DNA of 32,000 nt from Pirellula staleyi DSM 6068 (GCA_000025185.1 CP001848.1:900001-932000), one strand, 5' to 3'; shown: positions 9,181 to 17,864, counted from the stretch's first letter. Program-made: numbers and translations. Notes: generated by a model not told the origin, from the letters alone.

Positions 9181-9200
9181 TTTGTGAATCTTGTCACAAA
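9181..9200. promoter_or_regulatory. Perfect palindrome TTTGTGA-ATCTTG-TCACAAA (CRP-family TGTGA-N6-TCACA type) upstream of nuoA
   Basis: Read directly: 7-bp perfect arms with a 6-bp spacer. The centre lies about 57 nt upstream of the nuoA ATG (9133). Both half-sites match the established CRP consensus core TGTGA-N6-TCACA. Confidence 0.5.
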
Positions 9201-9608
9201 CACCAACAAAAAGAAAACCCGACCGCCCGTCGAGTTTCCATCGGTATGCTAACCGCGCGACTAGGCGGGGTCAATCAGTGCGCAAATCGGCCCCACCCAA
9301 ACCGTGCTGAAATACCAAGTTGGGTGCAGTCGGCCAGCTCTCTCGCGCCCCGATTGGCATCCTGAAAGGCTCCCTTAGCGGCGCTGCGGTTTCCGCTAAA
9401 AGCCCTGCTATGGCATCGCGGCTGCCAGCAACTGCTGGCGTGAGGGCCGACAAACCATCAGCACTTACTGATGCAACTGGCGGCTGAACCAGCAGGGTGA
9501 AAGCAAAAATCTTCCAATTCGAGTGCGCACAAATGGGCAGCACGGCACAAATAGGCAGTTCACGCAGCATAGAGAACAGGTTTTCGCGTGCGTGGCGCGG
9601 CGGCGTCA

Positions 9609-9636
9609 TTGCCACCGCTTATTCATCGTGTAGAAT
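9609..9636 (+). promoter_or_regulatory. Sigma70-like promoter for tRNA-Val (TTGCCA-16 nt-TAGAAT)
   Basis: -35 TTGCCA at 9609-9614 and -10 TAGAAT at 9631-9636. The -10 ends 16 nt before the mature tRNA 5' end. Confidence 0.45.
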
Positions 9637-9652
9637 TGCGAACTTCCCTTAC

Positions 9653-9726
9653 GGGCGATTAGCTCAGTTGGTTAGAGCACCGTACTCACACTGCGGGGGT
9701 CGTTGGTTCGAGTCCAATATCGCCCA
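9653..9726 (+). tRNA. tRNA-Val (anticodon CAC)
   Basis: Manual cloverleaf. Acceptor GGGCGAT/ATCGCCC, D arm GCTC-AGTTGGTTA-GAGC, anticodon arm CCGTA-CTCACAC-TGCGG, T arm GTTGG-TTCGAGT-CCAAT, discriminator A. No CCA is encoded. Confidence 0.92.
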
Positions 9727-9732
9727 CTTCGC

Positions 9733-9752
9733 GCTCGGCCCACACGCCGAGC
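9733..9752 (+). terminator. Hairpin GCTCGGC-CCACAC-GCCGAGC just downstream of tRNA-Val
   Basis: 7-bp GC-rich stem starting 7 nt after the tRNA 3' end. Only a weak T-containing tail follows (cctgctattc). Confidence 0.35.
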
Positions 9753-9957
9753 CCTGCTATTCAGCTTCAGGCCTTGTCTGAGCCACCGGTTCCGGCGAGG
9801 CCTTTGCTATTTCTTGACCAAGCGGCTCTTGATGCGAGCAGCCCCAGCTGCTGCCCGAGCCGCTTCAGTTTTTCTTGCATCGCTCCCGGCTGACCGTTAG
9901 GCTTGAGCAAATCAAGTCTCGATAGCCGCCGACTCACTGCGAAAGCGGAGAACGACC

Positions 9958-10491
9958 ATGCTTCGGTACCTCTCAATCGGACTGGCCCTCTGGATGGGCA
10001 TGCTCGGTAGCTCGATCGCGCGAGGTGAACAGCCGCCGGCTGGTTCCAAGGCGAGGGTCGAGCTGCGCTGGGTGGAAACCAAGCAGGTGGCCGATCTGAC
10101 CGAAGCGGAAGGTTTTCAGTCGAGCTGCGATCCCGATTCCATCGTCTACCCGCATCGAAAGCCGGCTCTCGTCCTCACCGCTGTCGAGGTTGCTGAGGCC
10201 CGTCTCACGAACCACGATTTTTCGAAAAGCGGTCTGTCGAGGGCCAACTACTCGGTCGACCTGACCCTGACGAAAGAGGCTCGCACCAAACTGGCCGCTG
10301 CCTGCGAGGGGAATCAAATGCGGCTGTTGACCGTCGTTCTGGACGGCCACTACTGGGGCCTCTATCGCTACGAGAAAGATGCGAAAGCACCCTTCGTTCC
10401 CGAGGCAGCTCGGGCTGAATCGTTTGCCCCGAGTGTCGGCTACTTCTCGAACATGGCAGATGCGCAGCGGCTCGTCGACGCGGTGAAGTAG
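9958..10491 (+). CDS. Secreted hypothetical protein (177 aa)
   Basis: GGAG lies 8 nt upstream of the ATG. N-terminal signal peptide MLRYLSIGLALWMGMLGSSIARG. No family recognised with confidence. The segment LTKEARTKLAAACEGNQMRLLTVVLDGHYW faintly recalls SecD P1-head-like modules (weak). Confidence 0.7.
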   Translation: MLRYLSIGLALWMGMLGSSIARGEQPPAGSKARVELRWVETKQVADLTEAEGFQSSCDPDSIVYPHRKPALVLTAVEVAEARLTNHDFSKSGLSRANYSVDLTLTKEARTKLAAACEGNQMRLLTVVLDGHYWGLYRYEKDAKAPFVPEAARAESFAPSVGYFSNMADAQRLVDAVK

Positions 10492-10606
10492 TCAGCCACG
10501 GCTTGGCGTCGCGATTCGATCGCATCGCAATTTTGACAGCGGCGATTTCGGCAATTTCCGCTGGGATTACGAGCGCTGCTCACGCTACTGGTCCGTGCGA
10601 CAAGCA

Positions 10607-11911
10607 CTAACTCTTTGCTTCGAAACCGGTGATGCTGCCACTGGTGCTGCTGCCGAAGCGATCGATCTCGAGCTGCATGTGCTGCGCGATCTGCACAAAC
10701 AGATTGCCGAGCGAGGCATTGTTTTTTTCGTCCCCGGCAGCGATGTGCTGGCCATGTCGAAACGCGCCGCCTGCCAGCAGCGTGGGAACATTGTGCCAGT
10801 CGTGACTGCTGGCGTTCCCCAGGTTCGAGCCGAACAGAACGGCAGTCCGATCGAGCAGCGATTGCCCTTCTTCTTTCACACTTTTCAGCCGGGCGAGAAA
10901 CTCGGCAAAGACGTCGAACTCCGCCTCTTCGATCACGCGCAGCTCTTCGATCTTTTCAGGATCCTTGCCGTGATGCGACAGGTTATGCCAATCGTTCTTC
11001 ACCCCCGGAATCACCGGCACCGCATTCATCCCCGAGAGCTGAAAGGTGAGTGTTCGCGTGCTATCGGTTTGTAAGGCGAGCACGATCATCTCGTACATCA
11101 GGCGCTGCTTTCCAATCGCATCGTTGCGATCAGCCACATCCTTGGGGAGCGGCACATCGAGGGTTGGCTTGGGGCGTTTGGTCCAACCTTCTGATTGCTG
11201 CAAGCGCGACTCGAGTTGCCGCACCGATTGCAGGTACTCTTCAAGTTTCTGGCGATCGTCACTGCCAAGTTTCTGCTCGAGCTTTTTAGCTTGTCCCTGC
11301 ACTGTATCGAGGATCGATCCACCTCGACGAATTTGCGCCAGTTCGGCCTCCATTTCACTCGGCGTGCCGCTGATGAACAGCGATTTGAAGAGCTTGGCGG
11401 CTGATGTCTCGCCAGGAATTTCTACGCCACTGGCGGTCCACGACATCGAGCGTCCACTCGTCGAAAGGACGAGGCAGGGATAGCGCGTTTGCGGACCCAA
11501 GGTTTCGGCAATCATCTGGTCGAGCGAGATCGTATTGCGAAAGCCCGCGAGCCCTGGACGCTGGGCACCGGTGAGCCAGGTCAGCTCCGAAGCATGGCCG
11601 TTGTTCCCCTGCTGTTCGGGATGCGAGAGTCCCGAGAAAACGGTGTAATCTCCTCGCAAATCGCCAAGCTTTTGCAAATAAGGGGTCGGCTCGTAATCGC
11701 GCCCCGATTTCTCCGGAAAGAAGAACGGCGCATGAAAACCGAGCGTGGCACATGCTGCCACAAACCGAGGTGGCGATTTGTTTTCATCGGCGCGAGCCAG
11801 TGGCGCGGTCATGGCATCGAGCAGCGGCAGCGAGATGAGCGCCGCACCTGCACCGCGCAAAAAACTGCGGCGTGCGATCGGCTGACGTGTGGTGACATAA
11901 GGGGCGTGCAT
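10607..11911 (-). CDS. DUF1552-family protein with twin-arginine (TAT) signal
   Basis: The ORF extends to 12265, but the ATG at 11911 gives MHAPYVTTRQPIARRSFLRGAGAALISLPLLDAM, a textbook TAT signal. The body matches what I recognise as DUF1552 (HGHASELTWLTG..., NLSHHGKDPEKIEEL, GNASSHDWHNVP). It lies 61 nt downstream of the partner gene. Confidence 0.85.
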   Translation of the reverse strand: MHAPYVTTRQPIARRSFLRGAGAALISLPLLDAMTAPLARADENKSPPRFVAACATLGFHAPFFFPEKSGRDYEPTPYLQKLGDLRGDYTVFSGLSHPEQQGNNGHASELTWLTGAQRPGLAGFRNTISLDQMIAETLGPQTRYPCLVLSTSGRSMSWTASGVEIPGETSAAKLFKSLFISGTPSEMEAELAQIRRGGSILDTVQGQAKKLEQKLGSDDRQKLEEYLQSVRQLESRLQQSEGWTKRPKPTLDVPLPKDVADRNDAIGKQRLMYEMIVLALQTDSTRTLTFQLSGMNAVPVIPGVKNDWHNLSHHGKDPEKIEELRVIEEAEFDVFAEFLARLKSVKEEGQSLLDRTAVLFGSNLGNASSHDWHNVPTLLAGGAFRHGQHIAAGDEKNNASLGNLFVQIAQHMQLEIDRFGSSTSGSITGFEAKS

Positions 11912-11972
11912 AACAGTCTCGCTTACGATGGACTCACCAGCGGCTACTAGAGCAGAGATCAACGAACAGCAT

Positions 11973-14390
11973 CTACTTCGAGCGGAAAATTTTACTGGCG
12001 AGGGCAGCATGCAACAAATCGCGTGCCCCGTAGCCATCGTCTTGCGTTTGCATGGCGATTGAACGAATCTCGGCGCGATCAGAAAATCCCATTTCGCGCC
12101 CCGTTGCAAACGTGAGGAGCTTGGTGACCAAAGCAACCGCGAGATCAAACTCGCGCGCTGCAAGTTGATCGCGAAACTCTGGGTAGCTGGCGAATTTCTC
12201 GCCGCTCGCCAGTTCGCCACTCGCATCGACCGGGGGGCCAAGTTTGTAGCGTACCTTTTGACCACGCACCTCGCGACTCACGCGCTCTCCATCACCAATG
12301 CTACGAAAACGCTCGCGATAGTTGCCAATGGGATCGAATGACTCAAGCGCAAAACCGGGTGGATCGATCTGCGCGTGACAAGCGCGGCAGTTGTCGCTGT
12401 CGCGATGCTTGGCGAGCAGTTCGCGCAATGTCGTGCTGCCACGAATATCGGGCTCCACCCCAGGAATTCCTGGAGGCGGTGGTGGCGCATGTTGGGCCAG
12501 AATTCGCTCCATCACATACACGCCGCGCACCACCGGCGAAGTGTTGGTGCCATTGGCCGAAACCTTCAGCACACTTGCCTGCGTGAGAACTCCGCCACGC
12601 AAGCTCCCCGGCGGCAATGCGACGCGTCGCAGATCGGGACCAGCCACCCCTTCGATCTCGTAGTGCTCGGCTAGCCGCTCGTTGAGCATGGCAAAATCGG
12701 ACTTCACCAGATGACGAACCGGCAAGTTCTCGCGGAAGAGTGCCCGAACAAACAGCCGCGTTTCCTCGCGCATTGACCACTGCAAATAACGATCATGTTC
12801 GGGATAGAGCGCTGCGTCGGGATTAGTGAACTCGAGATCGCGCAAGTTAAGCCAGGCGTCGGTGAAATCGGCAATGCAGCGATCGAACGCTTCGCTGGCA
12901 AGGAGGCGATCGATCTGCGCGCGGCTGACCTTGGGATCACCGAGCAGCTCGCCAGAATTCGCCGCGCGGCGCAGCTCCGCATCGGGAAGTGTTCGCGCCA
13001 GGAAGTACGAGATTCGCGCTGCGAGCTGATGGCTATTCAGCTGGCCACTCGACTCCTCGAGGAACAGAAAATCGGGCGAGCAGAGGAGCGCAACAACGGC
13101 CGTCTTCAGCGCCTCTTGATGATTCGATCCGGCCGCCACTTGAGCATCGAAAAGTTTGGCAAACGGCTCGACGTCGGCTGCCACCACAGGTCGCCGAAAA
13201 GCTTCATTTCCAAGTCGAAGAAGCACTTTGCGAGCTGCCTCACTCGGATTTTCGGCAATCAGATTCGTCGGCGGAGTCCGTCCTCGATTGCCGCCGCGCT
13301 GCACGATCGGCTGCTGCTCGAAATCGCCTAGCAGCAGCGCTCGACCGCGCGCGATTTGTTCATCAGCCAGCGGACCTTCGAGTTCCACATGCAAGATCGC
13401 GAGCCCCGGCCCTCGGTAGTCGGCAATTCCGTTTTGTCGAATGAAGTTCCCTTCATCGATGAGTCCTTGCGGCGTGATCTCGATCATGTAGTTGGCATCG
13501 AGTCGCGCGGTGATCTCGACCGTTTGCGGCTCACCGGGTGCTAGGCTGAAATAACCAAACGTCGGCATCTCGACGCCCCGCGCAAATGATGTTGCCCCGA
13601 GCGCGAAGGTGATCGGTTTCTCGGATTGAAAGGCGTAGCCTGTGACCCGAATCTTATAGTTGCCGGTGAAGCGCGTATTGGCTTCGCGAAGCATTCCGGT
13701 GGGATAGCCAAGCTCGCGAAAAAAGACCACCGCACCATCATCGCGCTTCAGCCACACTTTGCCGAGCCACTGCTCGCCACCCCGTGTGTCGGCATAGCTA
13801 GCGCGTGTCACTTTGCTTTCTGGTGGCATGTGGCTTGCGAGGACTTCATCCCACGCAAGCATCGCGCAGTCGAGATACCGCTGCACTTGCACCATCGATG
13901 TGCCGAGCGCTTCACCGACGTTTTCAAACTCGTGCGATTTGGCATCGGCAGGCAACTGGTTGACCAGCTTCAGCCTCGTCCCCAGCAGATCGTTGATCGT
14001 GTTTTCATACTCGCTCCGGTTGAGGCGTCGCAGCACCGTTCCTTTGGAGCGCTGGTGAGCCGCAGTGAGTTTGTCGCGCAGCTCGTCGAGTACCGCTGTG
14101 CGTTCCGCTTCGGTGGGCTGCGCGGCCTCTTGCGGTGGCATTTCGCCCGAGGCTATTCGGTCGTAGATCCGCTCCCATTTGGCAAACCAGCGTGGGTCGG
14201 AGAGATCTTCCTGCACTGCCGACAGATCGAGCCCACCCTCGGAGTTTTCACCCTGGTGGCAGTCGTGGCAATATTTAGAAAAGAGCTGCGCGCGGGGGAG
14301 CGAAACATCAGCCGCTGCAATGTCGCTGGTGATCGCAAGGCAAGCCAGCAGCGGCAAGCTGAAAAGAGAACACGGGTTGGTGAACTTCAT
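11973..14390 (-). CDS. Secreted multi-domain heme-c protein of the planctomycete DUF1592/DUF1588/DUF1585/DUF1587 class
   Basis: 805 aa with a signal peptide (MKFTNPCSLFSLPLLACLAITSDIAAA). N-terminal CHDCH heme-c motif followed by GGLDLS. C-terminal CRACHAQIDPPGFALESFDPIG motif. It sits in the usual upstream position relative to a DUF1552 gene. Confidence 0.85.
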   Translation of the reverse strand: MKFTNPCSLFSLPLLACLAITSDIAAADVSLPRAQLFSKYCHDCHQGENSEGGLDLSAVQEDLSDPRWFAKWERIYDRIASGEMPPQEAAQPTEAERTAVLDELRDKLTAAHQRSKGTVLRRLNRSEYENTINDLLGTRLKLVNQLPADAKSHEFENVGEALGTSMVQVQRYLDCAMLAWDEVLASHMPPESKVTRASYADTRGGEQWLGKVWLKRDDGAVVFFRELGYPTGMLREANTRFTGNYKIRVTGYAFQSEKPITFALGATSFARGVEMPTFGYFSLAPGEPQTVEITARLDANYMIEITPQGLIDEGNFIRQNGIADYRGPGLAILHVELEGPLADEQIARGRALLLGDFEQQPIVQRGGNRGRTPPTNLIAENPSEAARKVLLRLGNEAFRRPVVAADVEPFAKLFDAQVAAGSNHQEALKTAVVALLCSPDFLFLEESSGQLNSHQLAARISYFLARTLPDAELRRAANSGELLGDPKVSRAQIDRLLASEAFDRCIADFTDAWLNLRDLEFTNPDAALYPEHDRYLQWSMREETRLFVRALFRENLPVRHLVKSDFAMLNERLAEHYEIEGVAGPDLRRVALPPGSLRGGVLTQASVLKVSANGTNTSPVVRGVYVMERILAQHAPPPPPGIPGVEPDIRGSTTLRELLAKHRDSDNCRACHAQIDPPGFALESFDPIGNYRERFRSIGDGERVSREVRGQKVRYKLGPPVDASGELASGEKFASYPEFRDQLAAREFDLAVALVTKLLTFATGREMGFSDRAEIRSIAMQTQDDGYGARDLLHAALASKIFRSK

Positions 14391-14621
14391 AAATCACGTG
14401 AGAGGTCGTGATGCCAGGAACAGCCGCCGCTCGTAGAAGGCTCGGCGTCGCTGCCTATTACTGTAGCTGCGCGCCGCTGTCGTCGCGAATCGTGCGGCAG
14501 AACTTTTGCCAGCTTCCCCACAGATCGGCCCCACGCATTCCCTGCTCAGTCACACGCCACGAGGGTGGTCCGGTAGAATTAGTTTTTCGTCTCGAGTTAT
14601 GGACTTGCCGGTGAGCTTGCG

Positions 14622-15899
14622 ATGACTGAACCACTGGGCACCTCGCTCTATCCCCCCGATCTGGCCGAGGAAGTGAAAAAACGCTGGGCAATCGCCGATC
14701 ATCCTGCGCACTGCTTGCCCGATCCTGCGTCGCTGTCGCGGTTTCTCGACGTCTCCTATCAAGCCAGTTTGTTGCGCGAAGAAGGGGAACTCGTTCGTTG
14801 CCGATTGATCTATGGCTCGCCGCAAGAGTTCCTCGCCTGGGCTGACCGGGCCGAAGAGCTGGTGGTCCTCGAGTTTGATCATGCCTGCCCCCTCTCGCCA
14901 CACGAGATTCGCAAATTGGCGTCGGCTGCAGCGATCGAGCGGTCGCTCTTAGGGGTAGAACTGCGCGACGATCAACTCGTGATTTGGGGACTGATTCTCA
15001 CCGGCACACGCTGGATCAACCGGATGGATGGGGGACGTTATTTAGGTCAGCCCTTGCCATCCAACTTGGTGATTCAGATTCTCGGTCCTGGTCACCTCGT
15101 GATCGCCAGTGGACACGAGCGGGTGGTGGAGAACACAAGCTCGCTCCTCCTCTCGCAAGGGTTCGATCCGTTTCATTCCAAGTGGCTGCCGGCCAAATTT
15201 CGCGAAGCCCGCGCGACTCTCGTCGAGCAGCTTCCCGTACACGAGCAGATGACGCCCACGACACGCATCTGCGATTCGTTCGTGAAAATGGCTGCCCAAA
15301 GCATCATTCGCCGGACCCTGAACCTCGTTCGTCAGCGCAAGCATGGAGGGATGCTGGTCTACTTGCCTCGGGAGACCATCGAATCCGACATGCTGCATCA
15401 GTGGTTTCGGTTCCGCGTGATGTTCTGTCAGGAGGATTCAACCCTCCGCTTTCGGACCGTGATGAAGCGACTTCTCTCGCGGCTGCTTGTCCTCGGGAGC
15501 GAGCAAAATCTGTCGGTTGTCACTTGGGAAGATTATCAGCGCATTCAAGATCCGGAGCTCGCATCGCTCGACGAATCGCTCGTAGAATTCGCGCATCTGC
15601 TGGCCGATTTGATGAGCGTCGATGGAACGCTGGTCCTCAATCGCGAGTTTCAGCTGATCGGATTTGGTGGCGAAATTCTCGGCGATTTGCACGTGCTGAA
15701 GATTCACCGCGCGCGGGATCTCGAAGCGACCGAAACCGTTGTCGAACCGGCCGATGCCTCTGGCACGCGACATCGCTCTGCCTATCGGCTGGTCCTCTCG
15801 CTTCCCGATGCACTTGCGGTCGTCGTGTCGCAAGATGGAGCGATTCGCTTCGTTGCTCATCACGAAGGAAAGCTCACCTACTGGCCTTACTTGCCTTAA
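14622..15899 (+). CDS. Diadenylate-cyclase (DisA_N/DAC)-like protein with an uncharacterised ~230-aa N-terminal domain
   Basis: 425 aa with no TM segment or signal peptide. The C-terminal ~190 aa carry the DAC motif series: KHGGMLVYL (cf. GALIVI), SVDGTLVL (cf. HDGAVI; DGT at nt 15621-15629), SGTRHRSA (RHR at nt 15768-15776) and AVVVSQDGAIRFV (cf. VVSEETG.IS). Confidence 0.75.
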   Translation: MTEPLGTSLYPPDLAEEVKKRWAIADHPAHCLPDPASLSRFLDVSYQASLLREEGELVRCRLIYGSPQEFLAWADRAEELVVLEFDHACPLSPHEIRKLASAAAIERSLLGVELRDDQLVIWGLILTGTRWINRMDGGRYLGQPLPSNLVIQILGPGHLVIASGHERVVENTSSLLLSQGFDPFHSKWLPAKFREARATLVEQLPVHEQMTPTTRICDSFVKMAAQSIIRRTLNLVRQRKHGGMLVYLPRETIESDMLHQWFRFRVMFCQEDSTLRFRTVMKRLLSRLLVLGSEQNLSVVTWEDYQRIQDPELASLDESLVEFAHLLADLMSVDGTLVLNREFQLIGFGGEILGDLHVLKIHRARDLEATETVVEPADASGTRHRSAYRLVLSLPDALAVVVSQDGAIRFVAHHEGKLTYWPYLP

Positions 15900-15922
15900 T
15901 CGCGCTAGGCACTTCGCAAATC

Positions 15923-16852
15923 CTAAGGCTTGCTTTTGCTCGCGAGGCGTTTGAGCTGAGCTTCGAGAAAACCAAAAACTTCTTTGGTCGGCGCATCTCC
16001 TGCGAGACCAAGTTCGCGGTTGATCGTGCCGTGGGTTTTCCCTGCTGCAGAGTAAACCTTGGCCGACCCGCCTGCTTCGTTAATCGCTTTCGCGAGCGAT
16101 TCCGATTGCAGCTTTCCATCGCGCCGCGAAGCGATATGCAGGATCAAAAAAGGTGGAATCTGCTTTTCTTTCGCCACATGCGAGATCGGGCTGGCATCTT
16201 TTTGCTTGAGCGGATCGGTGCCAAAAGCGTCGATGTACAACTCCTTGAGCGCCGGGAGCGCGGCGATTTCAATTTGCCGCGGCACGTCGTAGCCCGCACC
16301 ATCGAGCAGCACAGCTCCTTGGATCGTCGCGAGCGACAGCTTCTCTGCCTCGAGATACCGGTGATCGGTCGACACCAGTGCTGCGAGATGCGCGCCGGCC
16401 GAATGCCCCATCACAAAAATCTTGTCGCGCGAACCACCAAATTCAGCCGCATGCTCGTGCACCCAGGCAATCGCGCGAGCCACATCGGTCCCTTGTTCGT
16501 GGTAGGTCACTGCGGGTGTAAACCGATAGTTGATACTCACCAGCACAAAGCCCCGCTCGTTAAACGCGGTGACTTTGCGATCGACGAGTTCCTTGCTCCC
16601 GCGCTTCCAACCACCACCATGAATCCAGACCATGATCGGCAAATCGGCCCCTTTCGCTGGGGCATACACATCGAGGCTGTTGCGGACCTGGTCGGCGTCT
16701 TTGGCCTTGGAATAGACCACATCCTGGAGCTGGCGTTCCGCCGCGACAAGCGGAACCTCGAGCGTTAAAGCGGTTAGCACAGCCGCCAGCAGCGCGCCAG
16801 CGAGAGCTGGAAAACGAAGCTCGGTGAATTCCGGTCGCAGTTGGCAGCCCAT
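15923..16852 (-). CDS. Secreted alpha/beta-hydrolase (carboxylesterase/lipase type)
   Basis: 309 aa with an N-terminal hydrophobic signal. Oxyanion-hole motif HGGGW, nucleophile elbow GHSAGAH, and a C-terminal His (GKTHG). Convergent with the DAC-like gene, with a 23-nt gap. Confidence 0.88.
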   Translation of the reverse strand: MGCQLRPEFTELRFPALAGALLAAVLTALTLEVPLVAAERQLQDVVYSKAKDADQVRNSLDVYAPAKGADLPIMVWIHGGGWKRGSKELVDRKVTAFNERGFVLVSINYRFTPAVTYHEQGTDVARAIAWVHEHAAEFGGSRDKIFVMGHSAGAHLAALVSTDHRYLEAEKLSLATIQGAVLLDGAGYDVPRQIEIAALPALKELYIDAFGTDPLKQKDASPISHVAKEKQIPPFLILHIASRRDGKLQSESLAKAINEAGGSAKVYSAAGKTHGTINRELGLAGDAPTKEVFGFLEAQLKRLASKSKP

Positions 16853-17138
16853 AGCTCAGTCTCTTCTGTACGCGTTCGATCGATCACGACTCCTCTCTTT
16901 AATACCCCAGCGGAGCCCCGAAGTTTCGGCCACTTTCTGCCCTCGCGCAAGAGACTTTCGAAAGAGCCGACGACCTGACTCACAGTAAGTTCGACTCTCT
17001 GGCCAGTCCCCTTTTGCTTCTCGTGTGGCGTAGCGGTACGCTTTCAAAGTGCCTGAGCCGGCGGATCCCTCTTTGAAAATTACCGCTACTGATAACCGGC
17101 GCATTCACCCAGCCAGCAATGTCCCGCAGGAGCCCACC

Positions 17139-17855
17139 ATGGCGAAACGGAAGCTGAAGCAGATCTTTTCCGATTGGCAAAAAATAGCGGGAGCAAAAGG
17201 GGACCCGTGGGAAACCGAAGAAGACATGATGTTCCTGTTCGATTTGCTACCCCCCAGCGGCCAGGGTCTCGAGCCAATCTGTGCGGGACATCCGCATGGC
17301 GATCAGGTGCTCGAGCGGCTGCGACGCTTCTATAAAGATGCTGCGAAAGCTGGCGAAGATCCCGAGGAGGGAACCCTCTTCAGCCGCACCAAGGTGCGCC
17401 GCAAAAGCGATGCGAAGATTCAGGCCCTCATCCTGCAGCAGGTTGCCAACTGGCGCGAGATGGCACTGCTGGCCGCCACCGATCCCAAACGGGACCCGAT
17501 CGTCAAAATCTTAGGGAATCCACCTACGCTCAGCCGCGCCGAGTCGCCGTACGACATCGAGGAGGACTTCGACCTTCAGGTCGCGATTGGCACCGACTTA
17601 CCCTCGGCATTCGAGGAAAACGTCGCCCAAGCCCATCCCACCAAGAATCCACTTTGGTACCTCACCGAAGCGCTCTACACCTCGGCCGGAAACTACTACG
17701 CCGTCCCCAACTACATCCTTTGGCCAATTCACCAGGGGAAATCCACGCTGGCCGATCCCTATCTTCCCGGCTACGAGCTTTGGCTTCAAAACGTCCTGTT
17801 TGCCTACACCGCCAAAGGAAAAATCTCCTACGCCATCGATGAAGAGGAAGAATAG
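17139..17855 (+). CDS. Hypothetical cytoplasmic protein (238 aa, acidic C-terminus)
   Basis: ORF 17049..17855. The ATG at 17139 is preceded by GGAG with a 7-nt spacer (MAKRKLKQIFSDWQK...). It ends ...YAIDEEEE. I recognise no motif. Confidence 0.6.
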   Translation: MAKRKLKQIFSDWQKIAGAKGDPWETEEDMMFLFDLLPPSGQGLEPICAGHPHGDQVLERLRRFYKDAAKAGEDPEEGTLFSRTKVRRKSDAKIQALILQQVANWREMALLAATDPKRDPIVKILGNPPTLSRAESPYDIEEDFDLQVAIGTDLPSAFEENVAQAHPTKNPLWYLTEALYTSAGNYYAVPNYILWPIHQGKSTLADPYLPGYELWLQNVLFAYTAKGKISYAIDEEEE

Positions 17856-17864
17856 TCCGCGCGG

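Noticed and set aside
11912-12265. 118-codon N-terminal extension of the DUF1552 ORF.
   Set aside because: The extension overlaps the 3' end of the upstream 805-aa gene. The internal ATG at 11911 yields a canonical TAT signal right at the N-terminus.
14574-14579. TAGAAT -10-like hexamer upstream of the DAC-like gene, and another at 26031-26036 upstream of the ATPase gene.
   Set aside because: No acceptable -35 lies at 16-18 nt in either case, so there is too little support to call promoters.
14984-16768. 594-aa plus-strand ORF spanning the DAC-like gene (other frame) and running antisense to the esterase.
   Set aside because: Both overlapped genes have clear family motifs (RHR/DGT; HGGGW/GHSAG). 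The long ORF is Arg/Ser-rich with no motifs, so it is a GC-driven open frame.
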